Shown here in pieces: positions 16,013-25,327 of a stretch of DNA of 41,671 nt. Positions within the stretch are counted from its first letter, which is position 1. Every line of letters begins with the position of its first letter. Source of the stretch: an uncultured Candidatus Bathyarchaeia archaeon. GTDB lineage: Archaea; Thermoproteota; Bathyarchaeia; TCS64. The DNA lies in NCBI GenBank assembly GCA_964495055.1, contig CAZBUI010000002.1:1-41671 (forward strand). Direction: 5' to 3'. The notes beneath the pieces are model-generated. The model worked only from the letters and a program-made list of their open reading frames with translations, was not told the DNA's origin and searched no databases. Made by a program: the position numbers and the translations under genes.

Positions 16013-17440
16013 ATGAAGGATATCGTGGAGAGCAGCGGAGTCAAGGTTGCCTTCAAAGACGTGGACGTAGTCACTACCGGCACCTTCGGGGCCATGTGCT
16101 CGTCAGGCGCTGTGATCAACCTAGGTCATGCCGATCCGCCTATAAAGATCGAGAAAGCGTGGATAAACGACGTGCCTGTGAGCCACCCGGGTGCTGCTGT
16201 CGACCTGTTCATCGGCGCCTCTCAGGTGTCGGAGACGGAACCCTTCGAGTACGGAGGGGGTCACGTGATCACGGACCTAATCCGCGGCAAAGAGGTGGAG
16301 CTCAGAGCGACGGCTCCGGGCACTGATTGTTACCCCAGGACTCGGCTTGATGTTACCCTCACGAAGGACGACCTGAACCAGTTCTACCTCATTAACTTCC
16401 GTAACTGTTACCAGAGGTACGCCTGCGCCACCAACGGCACAGACGAGATAATATACACGTACATGGGGAAGCTTCTCCCTCACTACAGGAACGCTAACTA
16501 CTCTGGCTCAGGTGAGCTGAACCCGCTGGTCAACGACCCAGACTACGAGACCATTGGACTGGGCACGAGGATATTCCTGAACGGCGGCGTCGGGTACGTC
16601 ATCGGGGAGGGAACCCAGCACAGCCCGACGACCGGGTTCGGCAACATCATGGTGAAAGGCGACGCAAAGGCCATGGACCCAGAGTTCATACGAGGAGCTT
16701 CGTTCACCCGGTATGGGACGACTCTGTATAACGGCATAGGTATACCGATACCGGTGCTAAACGAAGGAATAGTCCACAAGTTAGCCGTCCGCGACGAGGA
16801 CATCTACACGGACGTGGTAGACTACGGGGTTCCCCGTAGAGGCAGGCCGACGCTGAGAAGGGTCAACTACAAGGAGCTCAAGTCCGGGAGAATAGATGTG
16901 AACGACCAGTCCGTCAAGGTAGGGCCTCTGTCGAGCGTTAAAAAGGCTCAACAGGTATCTGAGGGCCTCAAGAGGTGGATCGAGGATGGCTGGTTTTTCC
17001 TGACTGCTCCCGTCGAGAGGCTGCCCTCTGACACGGTCTTCAAGCCTATGAAGCAGCCAAAAGGCGCGGCCTTCGTCGAGAACATCGTTCATGAGGCAGT
17101 GACCTGCACCGAAGACGAAGACATCGAGGTAGTTGCTGCCAGGCTCATCAACAGGAACGCCAACCACGTGGTCGTGGTCGACGGTGACGATAAGCTAGCC
17201 GGAATAATAACTTCGTGGGACCTCACCAAATCCATCGCCGACGGCGACGAGGGTCTAGGTGATTACATAGTCAGGGACGTCCACACTGCGTCTGTCAATG
17301 AGCCTCTTGAGACTGTCTCTAAGAGGCTTGCGGAGCACAACATCTCCGCTCTACCCGTGATCGACGGTGACCGACGCGTTCTGGGCATCGTGACTTCAGA
17401 GGACATCTCGAAGCTCGTCGGAGGTAGGGCACTTGGTTAG
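16013..17440 (+). CDS. L-aspartate-semialdehyde sulfurtransferase-type homocysteine biosynthesis protein (COG1900/DUF39) with C-terminal CBS pair
   Basis: The DUF39-like core includes VDVVTTGTFGAMCSSGA, GGGHVITDLI and NGIGIPIPVLN. The C-terminus carries two CBS motifs (HVVVVDGDDKLAGIITSWDL and LPVIDGDRRVLGIVTSEDI). The family-typical N-terminus TIEEINEKIKNGDVQVLTVSEM is encoded in frame upstream (15908-16012) but has no canonical start codon. Confidence 0.85.
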   Translation: MKDIVESSGVKVAFKDVDVVTTGTFGAMCSSGAVINLGHADPPIKIEKAWINDVPVSHPGAAVDLFIGASQVSETEPFEYGGGHVITDLIRGKEVELRATAPGTDCYPRTRLDVTLTKDDLNQFYLINFRNCYQRYACATNGTDEIIYTYMGKLLPHYRNANYSGSGELNPLVNDPDYETIGLGTRIFLNGGVGYVIGEGTQHSPTTGFGNIMVKGDAKAMDPEFIRGASFTRYGTTLYNGIGIPIPVLNEGIVHKLAVRDEDIYTDVVDYGVPRRGRPTLRRVNYKELKSGRIDVNDQSVKVGPLSSVKKAQQVSEGLKRWIEDGWFFLTAPVERLPSDTVFKPMKQPKGAAFVENIVHEAVTCTEDEDIEVVAARLINRNANHVVVVDGDDKLAGIITSWDLTKSIADGDEGLGDYIVRDVHTASVNEPLETVSKRLAEHNISALPVIDGDRRVLGIVTSEDISKLVGGRALG

Positions 17441-17825
17441 GGTGATATTCAGGTTCGACAAGGAGACCGTGGACAAGCCGATAACGTCCCAGGTCATCCT
17501 CGAGCACGGTGTCCCGATAAACATACTGAGCGCACACATGAACCAGCGGGGCGGCGAGATACTCGCAGAGTTAGACTCCAGGTCCGCGGAGAAGGTCATA
17601 AAGGCGTTCAGGGAAAAGGGTGTCACCGTTGACGTCCGCAGGCTCATCGAGAAGGATGACGAGCTATGCATCGACTGCGGGGGCTGTGTCTCCATCTGCC
17701 CGATGGATGCGCTCACGTTCGACGAGGAGAGATCCGTCATACTTCATGAAGAAAAGTGTAACGGCGTCACCTGCGGCCTCTGCGTAGACGCGTGTCCGCA
17801 GAGAGCCCTCAGGCTCATAGGATGA
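17433..17825 (+). CDS. NIL-domain / 2x[4Fe-4S] ferredoxin protein (partner of the COG1900 enzyme)
   Basis: The NIL-like N-terminus is VIFRFDKETVDKPITSQVILEHGVPINILSAHM. The ferredoxin motifs are CIDCGGCVSICP and CGLCVDACP. It overlaps the upstream stop codon. Confidence 0.85.
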   Translation: MVRVIFRFDKETVDKPITSQVILEHGVPINILSAHMNQRGGEILAELDSRSAEKVIKAFREKGVTVDVRRLIEKDDELCIDCGGCVSICPMDALTFDEERSVILHEEKCNGVTCGLCVDACPQRALRLIG

Positions 17826-18613
17826 AAACTGGGGCCACGGGAATTCAGGAGGCGTTACCAGTGTATCTAAAGTCTGCAGGGCTTCACAGGAGATCTTACC
17901 AGCTGGGAGAGTCAGCCGGGCTCATAGTCTCAGACAGCGAGACCGCCATAGGAAAGGCTCTCTCTGCGATAGAACTCCACAGGGAGAGGCTCACAGAGTA
18001 CGTCCGTTTCAACCCATTTTTCAAGGAGGCCCTTGAACCCATCAAACTAGATGACGGGCCACTTGTAGCGAGGCTCATGGCTGAACACTCTGCAGCCGCT
18101 GGCGTGGGCCCCATGGCTGCGGTGGCCGGCGTCCTGGCTGACCTAGCCATCCGTGAGATGGTTGAACATGGTGCACGAGTCGCCGTTGTCGAGAACGGCG
18201 GCGAAGCCGCGGTGGTATCAGAAGGTCTTGTCGACGTCGCGCTTCAGGCAGGCGATGAGCCCCTGTCAAGACGTATCGGGTTCAGGCTGGAGAGGTTCCC
18301 GATGGGGGTGGCTACCAGCTCGGGTAGATTCAGCCATGCGCTGAGTTTTGGGGCGGCCGAGGCGGTAACCGTTTTCGCGGACAACGCGGGGCTCGCTGAC
18401 GCCGCTGCAACCGCCGTGGGGAACGTCGTCAAGGGGGACGACGAGGAGTTCGCTGCGCGGCGCGGAGTAGAGACTGGGCTCTCCATAGAAGGCGTGCAAG
18501 GCATTTTCGTTATCTACAAGAGAACAGTCGGAGTCGGGGGAAGAGTCCCCAAGATAATCGGCGTAGACCCCATTGAGTCAAGTGGGCTATCCATCAGCCT
18601 TAGAGGTGTATGA
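17822..18613 (+). CDS. UPF0280 / COG2122 ApbE-like protein (MA1715-type sulfide-assimilation accessory protein)
   Basis: It has an ATGA overlap with the upstream stop (ATG 17822). Family-like segments are GVGPMAAVAGVLADLA, VENGGE and GVATSSG. It sits immediately downstream of COG1900 and NIL-Fd. Confidence 0.65.
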   Translation: MKTGATGIQEALPVYLKSAGLHRRSYQLGESAGLIVSDSETAIGKALSAIELHRERLTEYVRFNPFFKEALEPIKLDDGPLVARLMAEHSAAAGVGPMAAVAGVLADLAIREMVEHGARVAVVENGGEAAVVSEGLVDVALQAGDEPLSRRIGFRLERFPMGVATSSGRFSHALSFGAAEAVTVFADNAGLADAAATAVGNVVKGDDEEFAARRGVETGLSIEGVQGIFVIYKRTVGVGGRVPKIIGVDPIESSGLSISLRGV

Positions 18614-19832
18614 CTTGTCAAAGCTGCTCGTGGTCAAATACGGTGGGTCCGTGTTGGACGGTGGCTCAGCCATCCGCAAAGCCGCTGAAACTGTGAAAGA
18701 GGAGCTCGAAAGGGGAAACCGGTTGGTGCTCGTGGTCTCTGCCATGAATGGGGTGACAGATCAACTGCTCTCAGCGGCCAAAGAGATATCCCCTGACACG
18801 CCTAGAGAGGTGATCGACCAGATCATAGGGCTGGGAGAGGAGCAGAGCGTGAGACTGATGGTCTCCGCCCTCAAGTCTCTCGGAGTCGATGCAGTCGAGG
18901 TGACGCCCCACTCACCGAGCTGGCCGATTATAACCAACGAAGAATACGGCGACGCCGAGCCAATTATCGAGGAATGCATTATCGGCACCGAGCTCGGTGT
19001 GAGTCCCCTGATTCGAAGAGGGCAGGTGCCTGTCATATGCGGCTTCGTGGGGAGGAGCCTCAACGACAACATCACCACACTGGGTCGCGGCGGAGGTGAC
19101 ACGACAGCCACCCTACTCGCGCGTTTCCTTGACGCGGATGAACTCGTCCTAGTGAAGGACGTCGGCGGCGTGTATACGGCTGACCCGGGGAGGGTAGGCG
19201 ACGCCAGGCTCATCGAGGAGCTATCTGCGTGTGAGGCCAACCTCTTAGCCTCCTCCGGGGCAAAGGTGCTTCACGACAAGGTCTTCAGGTACAAGCCAGA
19301 AGGTCTGAATGTCAGGCTAGTCTCGTGTGAACAGACTTTGAATGGCAGTGGAACGGTAGTAACCGGAAACATGCCGGAACTGGAGATCGAGGTGCATGAG
19401 AAGAAGGTAGTCAAACTGGTCCTGCTAGGCGATGCCACTTCTGAGCCAGACACGTTAGCCGCGGTCACGGAGGCTATTTCGAAGAGCGAGGGAACCATAT
19501 TAAACATCAAGGCTTCAGGTGAATCCACTTCAATCTACGTAAACGGCGTATTAGGCGAGGCTCTGAGAGAGGTTCACACCATCGTGGAGTCGTTGGATCG
19601 GCTCAAGTCGGTGACTGGCACTGACGATCTAGGATTCATCAGGGTCTGGGGCCAGGCACTCTCTGACCCATTAACTAACGTTGAGTGGATCCGCAACGTT
19701 CTGTATTCCAAAGGCGTACCCGTTCATGACCTAGCTTTCGGAGAGTCATCGGTTACAGTGCTCGTGGATTGGGAGAGGAGAGCTGAGGCTCTAGACCATT
19801 TATGCAACTACTGGAGTGAAAAAATTGAGTAA
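18606..19832 (+). CDS. aspartate kinase with C-terminal ACT-like regulatory region
   Basis: The amino-acid-kinase motifs are LVVKYGGSVL, VVSAMNGVTDQL and TLGRGGGDTTA. The start is uncertain: GTG 18606, TTG 18615 or the ORF-track start at 18573. Confidence 0.85.
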   Translation: MYDLSKLLVVKYGGSVLDGGSAIRKAAETVKEELERGNRLVLVVSAMNGVTDQLLSAAKEISPDTPREVIDQIIGLGEEQSVRLMVSALKSLGVDAVEVTPHSPSWPIITNEEYGDAEPIIEECIIGTELGVSPLIRRGQVPVICGFVGRSLNDNITTLGRGGGDTTATLLARFLDADELVLVKDVGGVYTADPGRVGDARLIEELSACEANLLASSGAKVLHDKVFRYKPEGLNVRLVSCEQTLNGSGTVVTGNMPELEIEVHEKKVVKLVLLGDATSEPDTLAAVTEAISKSEGTILNIKASGESTSIYVNGVLGEALREVHTIVESLDRLKSVTGTDDLGFIRVWGQALSDPLTNVEWIRNVLYSKGVPVHDLAFGESSVTVLVDWERRAEALDHLCNYWSEKIE

Positions 19833-20880
19833 GAAGAAAGTAGCTGTGCTTGGAGCCACCGGGGCTGTCGGTCAGAGAATTGTCCACATGCTGAGAACCC
19901 ATCCCTGGTTCGATGTAACCTCTCTTACCGCCGGAAGATCAGCTGGGAAACGATACGGAGATGGTGTCAAATGGTTGCTGCCTGACGGCGTACCCGAGAA
20001 CCTCAAGGACTTGGTGATAAATCCGTCCTTGCCAGACGCTGTAGACGCCGACTTCGTGTTCTCGGCTCTTCCGTCTAATGTGGCCCAGGAGATTGAGCCT
20101 GCATTCGCTGAGGCTGGTTTCCCGGTCGTCAGCAACGCCAGCGCCTACAGAATGGAGCCTGACGTCCCCCTCATCGTACCCGAGGTTAACCCCGATCACA
20201 TCAAGCTGATCGATGCCCAGAAGGCGGACAGGGGCTGGGACGGGTTCATCGCCACAGACCCCAACTGTTCGACGATCAACTTCGTTATGGCATTAAAACC
20301 ACTACAGGATATGATGAGTATAAATAGGGTCTTCGTGACGACTATGCAGGCTATCTCGGGTGCGGGCTACCCTGGTCTGCCTTCGCTGGACATCCTCGGT
20401 AATGTCATCCCATACATTGGGGGAGAGGAGGAGAAGATGCAGACCGAGACACGCAAGGTGTTAGGCGTCCTAGAGGGGGGCTTCATCAACATGGCGCCCT
20501 TCCAGGTTGCCGCCTCGTGTAACAGGGTGCCCGTGGTTGACGGCCACCTCGAAGCCATATACCTGGAGTCTTCTGAAAGGATACACTTGGATGAGGTCGA
20601 GGTTGCCTTCAGGGGATTCAGGGGAAAGGCGCACACGCTTGGGCTTCCTACGTCTCCTGAGAAACCCATCATACTCAGAGAGGAGGATGATAGACCTCAG
20701 ACCCGCCTCGACAGGCTAGCGGGTAGCGTACCGGGCATGAGCGTGAGCGTCGGCAGAGTCCGTCGTGGACTGGATGAGCACTCGTTACAATTTGTGACTC
20801 TGGGTCACAACACGATCAGGGGAGCCGCTGGTGGGGCGATAACGCTTGCCGAGCTTTTAGCAGCTGAGGGCTGCCTTTGA
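19816..20880 (+). CDS. asd: aspartate-semialdehyde dehydrogenase
   Basis: The Rossmann motif is VAVLGATGAVGQR. The active-site Cys lies in DPNCSTINFV and the His in LGHNTIRGAAGG. It overlaps the aspartokinase 3' end by 17 nt. Confidence 0.9.
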   Translation: MKKLSKKKVAVLGATGAVGQRIVHMLRTHPWFDVTSLTAGRSAGKRYGDGVKWLLPDGVPENLKDLVINPSLPDAVDADFVFSALPSNVAQEIEPAFAEAGFPVVSNASAYRMEPDVPLIVPEVNPDHIKLIDAQKADRGWDGFIATDPNCSTINFVMALKPLQDMMSINRVFVTTMQAISGAGYPGLPSLDILGNVIPYIGGEEEKMQTETRKVLGVLEGGFINMAPFQVAASCNRVPVVDGHLEAIYLESSERIHLDEVEVAFRGFRGKAHTLGLPTSPEKPIILREEDDRPQTRLDRLAGSVPGMSVSVGRVRRGLDEHSLQFVTLGHNTIRGAAGGAITLAELLAAEGCL

Positions 20881-20956
20881 TCTTGGTACCAACGAAGAAA
20901 ACCAATGATGAACTAGAGTCGAAAGTCTGAAAGATGATCGTCGATCAAGACCCAGG

Positions 20957-21652
20957 CTACTCGGAGCCGCGTAGATACAGTATGAGGCTCGCGGCTATCC
21001 CAAGTATTACGGCGACCCCGACCAGTATGTGGGCCTTGGATCGGATGAAGTAGGGCAGCGTGTCCATGGGCCGCCTCAGGTACCCGCTGAGGCTCGGCGC
21101 CGCGACGTATATGGCGGTCGTCGTGACGGCGGTGACGGAGACGATGAGGGTGAGGTAGCCCATCTGGCCCCTACTCACCTGGTTTATGTCATCCTCCATC
21201 GCGCCCCTGGCGAGAAGCTCCTCGCGGTCCGTCCTGAACCTGTACGTGTACCTGAGCATCAGGTAGGTAACCTGAAGCATCAGGCCGACGCCGAAGACCC
21301 AGTATCCCGTGACCCTGTGGCTGGGCGTCAGGTCCAGTATGAGGCCGACCCAGTTGAACGTGCTGAACTCCAGGACGGCTGGGAAGAACATGAGCATGTT
21401 GAGGCTGAACAGCTTGCTGAACGACTCGATGTCGCCGTTCCTCCAGAGGGTGAAGCAGAGGGCCAGCATGAGCACCGTGACGGCGAGGTCGAAGTACATC
21501 ATGTACGGCCCCAGCAGGGGGCCGATGAAGCTGTCGTTGATCATCTTTATTATCCGGTCGTAGAGGGATGTCTGGACCATGGTGACAGCGGCCATGTAGC
21601 ACGCCGCCAAGGCCACCCCCAGCTCCACGGACCGTATTACGTTCTCCCTCAT
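20957..21652 (-). CDS. polytopic membrane protein, no recognisable family (last gene of the MoxR operon)
   Basis: 231 aa with about 6 hydrophobic helices. Its start overlaps the DUF58 stop by 4 nt. I recognised no conserved motif. Confidence 0.6.
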   Translation of the reverse strand: MRENVIRSVELGVALAACYMAAVTMVQTSLYDRIIKMINDSFIGPLLGPYMMYFDLAVTVLMLALCFTLWRNGDIESFSKLFSLNMLMFFPAVLEFSTFNWVGLILDLTPSHRVTGYWVFGVGLMLQVTYLMLRYTYRFRTDREELLARGAMEDDINQVSRGQMGYLTLIVSVTAVTTTAIYVAAPSLSGYLRRPMDTLPYFIRSKAHILVGVAVILGIAASLILYLRGSE

Positions 21653-23103
21653 CCCCCCACCCTCTGGCGCTGCAGCGCCTGCGCGAAGCTCTCCCCCACG
21701 GGGTCCCAGTTGACGACTATGCAGCCCATGCCCCTGAGGGCGTCGTAGTAGGGTTGGTTGTGGTACGTGAGGAACCCGGCGGCTATCTTCTCCTCCTCCG
21801 TCTGGGCGGCGATGCTGTAGCCTTGGACGTTGAATATGATTATGGCTGGCTTGGTGCTGGCCCTACCCACGTACCTGTGGAGCTCCCTGACGCCCTCCGT
21901 GATGCCCCTGATCTTCGCGGGCTCAACCATGGTGACTATGACGAACAGGGGCTGGGTGCCCACGATGTAGCGTCGGCAGCTGTGCACCGCCTCCTTGAGG
22001 CTCTCGCTGCTGTACCTGATGTCCACGTGGAGAAGCTCCCTCGTGATCTGGTACTGCTGCCGCTTACCCACGTCCGGGAACAGTATCCTGCTCCTCTCCT
22101 TCTGCCTGACTGTGGGCTCCCTGGCCTTCTCCTCCTCGCTTATGTCCTCTATCTGGTCCAGTCCCGTCATGATGCTCTCGTCTATCTCGGGGTCCTCCTT
22201 TTTGACGAAGGTGCCCTCCCACTGGTAGGCGTCGTGGTCGTAGACGCAGAAGCCGACGCGGCAGTCCCTGTCGATGTAGAAGTTGGTGAACCCCATGACC
22301 GCCCTGATGGCGTACTCCAGGGTGTTGTTGACGGCGGTGCCCAGCGCCATGTGGGCGGCGCTGTCGAGGAATATCCAGACCTGTTTCTTGCCCTCCTTCT
22401 CGTACTCGTTGACGAGGAAGCTGCCGGGCCTGATGCTCAGGAGCTTGGCCGACGCCTTCCAGTTGATGGTGCGGTAGTGGTCCCCAGGCGAGTAGTCCCT
22501 TATCTCCCTGAAGTCGGTGGTGGGGATGCCGAACCTGAACCTGGCGTCCATGGGCATGGGTATCCTGCTTATGCTCTTGTGGTTCTTGATCTTCCTGACG
22601 AAGAGGGGCTGCGGCTGAACCACCACGGCCCTCTTGGCGTTGAGGCTACCCAGCACGTTGCTGCTTATCACGAGGGGGTGCCGCACCTCGTAGGCGACCT
22701 CGCGGAGGTCGAAGTACCCCCTCTTGGCGCACACCGCCATATACTCAAACTCGACGGTCTTCGGTGCCAGCCCCTTCCAGAGTGCCTTGAAGTTGGTGCC
22801 CTCGTCCAGGGCGAAGCTGCCCGGGAGGACGTCGGAGACCGTGACCAGGCCCGGCCCCCCCTCCACGGTGACTGTGAGCCTGTCCCTCACCTTGTCGTCC
22901 ACGTTCACCTTGACGTCCTTGCCGGCGCGCTCCACCGACGTCACCCTGGGTTGCCCTATGAGCACCCCGGTCGTCAGGAAGATGACTGGGGTGAGGCCCA
23001 GGGTTATGAGTATCATGTTTCCCAAGAACATGCCCAGCACTAGGAACGTGACGGCGGTAACCACCAGCTCGAGGGTGTCCTGGGTCAGTGTCCTGGCTGT
23101 CAT
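21649..23103 (-). CDS. DUF58 domain protein (vWA-like MoxR partner) with N-terminal TM hairpin
   Basis: The DUF58 signature is FREIRDYSPGDHYRTINWKASAKL. The N-terminus has two TM helices. There is a 4-nt overlap with the MoxR gene. Confidence 0.8.
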   Translation of the reverse strand: MTARTLTQDTLELVVTAVTFLVLGMFLGNMILITLGLTPVIFLTTGVLIGQPRVTSVERAGKDVKVNVDDKVRDRLTVTVEGGPGLVTVSDVLPGSFALDEGTNFKALWKGLAPKTVEFEYMAVCAKRGYFDLREVAYEVRHPLVISSNVLGSLNAKRAVVVQPQPLFVRKIKNHKSISRIPMPMDARFRFGIPTTDFREIRDYSPGDHYRTINWKASAKLLSIRPGSFLVNEYEKEGKKQVWIFLDSAAHMALGTAVNNTLEYAIRAVMGFTNFYIDRDCRVGFCVYDHDAYQWEGTFVKKEDPEIDESIMTGLDQIEDISEEEKAREPTVRQKERSRILFPDVGKRQQYQITRELLHVDIRYSSESLKEAVHSCRRYIVGTQPLFVIVTMVEPAKIRGITEGVRELHRYVGRASTKPAIIIFNVQGYSIAAQTEEEKIAAGFLTYHNQPYYDALRGMGCIVVNWDPVGESFAQALQRQRVGG

Positions 23104-24086
23104 CTTTTTCCTATGAACTCTTTGGGTATCTCTGTCTGTTCGAGTATCTCGTTGAGGACGGCGTCCACGCTGAAGCTTCCCTCGAGCACGTACTCCATCT
23201 TCATTATCACCCTGTGCCCTATGGCGTCGTGGGCGAACATTTTGACGTCGTCCGGGGTGACGAAGCCTCGGCCCGAGATGGCGGCGTGGGCACGGGCCAC
23301 CTTGAGGAGCGAGAGGCCGCCCCTGGGGCTGGCGCCAACCTCGACGACGGGGTGCCTTCTGGTCTCCCTGATTATCTGGCTTATGTAGTCGATGATCTTG
23401 TCGTCGACGTATATGCGCTCCTCGATGAACTTCTGCATGGCCAGGAAGGTGGCGTCGTTGGTGACGGGCTGTATGAGCTCGGACGGGTCGTCCTGCTTCC
23501 AGTAGATGCGACGCTTCATGATGAGGCTTTCCTGGGCTAGGGTCTCCACGTAGCCCATCTTGAGCTTCAGCAGGAACCTGTCCATCTGGGCCTCGGGCAG
23601 CGGGTACGTGCCCTCCATCTCTATGGGGTTCTGGGTGGCGATGACGAAGAACGGCGCCGCCAGCCTATGAGTCTCCCCCTCTATGGTGACCTGCCTCTCC
23701 TCCATGGCCTCCAGGAGGCCGGCCTGGGTCTTGGGGGGCGACCTGTTGATCTCGTCGGCCAGCAGCACGTTCGTGAATATGGGGCCCCGCTCCAGCACGA
23801 ACCTGCTCTCCTGCACCCGCCAGACCCTGGTGCCCAGTATGTCCGCGGGCATGAGGTCCGGCGTGAACTGTATCCTGCTCCAGTGGCACCCGGTGATCCT
23901 TGAGAACAGCTTGGCCAGCAGCGTCTTCCCCAGCCCCGGGTAGTCCTCGAACAGGACGTGGCCGTTGGCTAGGCTCGCCGCCAGTAGCTTCCTCAGCACC
24001 ATCCGCTTTCCTACATAGACCTTGCCCAGTCCCTCAAGTATGGCGTTGCTTATCGCCCTGACTCTGTCGACGTGCATTCCCTGCAT
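23100..24086 (-). CDS. MoxR-family AAA+ ATPase
   Basis: Walker A is YPGLGKTLLAK and Walker B is VLLADEINRSPPKTQAGLLEAMEE. Also MoxR-like are QVTIEG, FFVIATQNP and sensor-2-like GASPRG. The 328-aa length is typical of the family. Confidence 0.9.
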   Translation of the reverse strand: MQGMHVDRVRAISNAILEGLGKVYVGKRMVLRKLLAASLANGHVLFEDYPGLGKTLLAKLFSRITGCHWSRIQFTPDLMPADILGTRVWRVQESRFVLERGPIFTNVLLADEINRSPPKTQAGLLEAMEERQVTIEGETHRLAAPFFVIATQNPIEMEGTYPLPEAQMDRFLLKLKMGYVETLAQESLIMKRRIYWKQDDPSELIQPVTNDATFLAMQKFIEERIYVDDKIIDYISQIIRETRRHPVVEVGASPRGGLSLLKVARAHAAISGRGFVTPDDVKMFAHDAIGHRVIMKMEYVLEGSFSVDAVLNEILEQTEIPKEFIGKR

Positions 24087-24088
24087 TT

Positions 24089-25327
24089 CTAGTCCTCCAA
24101 ACTCTCTATCACTGCTTCTTGGCTCGCATGTTGCTCAGGCTCCCTGAGCAGTCCGCCCAGGCCGAGCCTGTCTATCCTCTCCACGGTGCGCCTCAGCAGC
24201 TCGAGGCGCCTCTCCTGGTTCATCCTCTCTATCCTGTCGCTGGTGCCCCGTCTGCTGAAGCTGGGGGGCCTCTCGTCCTCGTAGTTTATGAGCTCCCTCA
24301 GGGTCACCGTTATCTCGGCCTCGGCCGCCCTGTTCTCGTCCAGGAACATGAAGAGCTTCACCAGCACCCTCTCCTTCTTTCCCTGCTTGACGAACTCGTC
24401 GAGTATCTCGGTGAAGTCGGTGAGGGACTTGCCCTTGGTGGCGCTGGTGTCCTGGATGTGTTTGGCCCAGGTCCCCACCTCGACGGGGGCCATCATGCTT
24501 TCTTTCATCCCCCGCCTCATGACGGTGAATATGAGGGCTCCCACTATGACTATACCGGTCCACTCCACGTAGGGGGAGAGCTGCTCTATCACCGGGGACA
24601 CGGCTTTGAGCCTCCCGGTTATGAAGTTCACGTAGAGGGTGCCTATGAGGCTCATGGCCAGAACGAAGGTGTAGCTGGCGGCTATACCGCCTATCTCGGC
24701 CAGGTACGGGTTCTTGGAGTCCCTGAATATGCCCACCATGGTTAACACGGCGGCAACAGCGAAGCCCCAGTTGATCATGTCCCTTATGAGCAGCACCTGG
24801 CCCGAGACGGGGACGCCGGGTGTCGTCATGTATAGGTTCACGAGCTGTATGGCTATCTGGCCGATGATGAATATGGACGCGGAGCCCGATATGACGCGTA
24901 TGTAGAACTGCTCCCTTATCTCGGCGACGGCGGACAGTATGTTGTACGTGAAGAAGAGGGCGAACGCCGCCATCACCAGGTAGCCCGCCATCCTGCTGGG
25001 CTCGCTTATGGGCTGGAGCACCATGAACACCGCTATTATGGCGGTGAACCCACCGGCGTATAGGCCGCTCACTATGACCCTGTTGAGCTGTCCCTCGAAT
25101 ATGATGCTGAGGAGGGCACCCAGGTACCAGAGAGTTATGCCCGCCAGCAGCGGCATGAGCACCACGCTTATGCCCACGTGGATTAGCGACTCGGGCATGT
25201 AGGGGAGGAACGTGCTGAAGTCGCCGACGGTGTAGGGGGTGGCGACGCTGATGCCGCTTAGCACGAGCGTCACGAACAGGTACAGCACTGTGGCCCTGAT
25301 GAGCCGTCCCCGGTTCTCAGCTTCCAT
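24089..25327 (-). CDS. polytopic membrane protein with cytoplasmic C-terminal helical domain, no recognisable family
   Basis: 412 aa. It has about 8 TM helices followed by a charged tail of roughly 120 aa (…FVKQGKKERVLVKLFMFLDENRAAEAE…RIERMNQERRLELLRR…). It overlaps the upstream gene by 11 nt, and its stop is 2 nt before the MoxR start. Confidence 0.6.
   Translation of the reverse strand: MEAENRGRLIRATVLYLFVTLVLSGISVATPYTVGDFSTFLPYMPESLIHVGISVVLMPLLAGITLWYLGALLSIIFEGQLNRVIVSGLYAGGFTAIIAVFMVLQPISEPSRMAGYLVMAAFALFFTYNILSAVAEIREQFYIRVISGSASIFIIGQIAIQLVNLYMTTPGVPVSGQVLLIRDMINWGFAVAAVLTMVGIFRDSKNPYLAEIGGIAASYTFVLAMSLIGTLYVNFITGRLKAVSPVIEQLSPYVEWTGIVIVGALIFTVMRRGMKESMMAPVEVGTWAKHIQDTSATKGKSLTDFTEILDEFVKQGKKERVLVKLFMFLDENRAAEAEITVTLRELINYEDERPPSFSRRGTSDRIERMNQERRLELLRRTVERIDRLGLGGLLREPEQHASQEAVIESLED

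Noticed and set aside
20905-20950. C/D-box sRNA-like pattern: ATGATGA (20905-20911), CTGA (20927-20930) and AGATGA (20932-20937).
   Set aside because: The C-to-D' spacing is 15 nt rather than about 12. The D'-to-C' loop is only 1 nt. No terminal D box (CTGA) follows at the expected distance, and there are no terminal pairing nucleotides.
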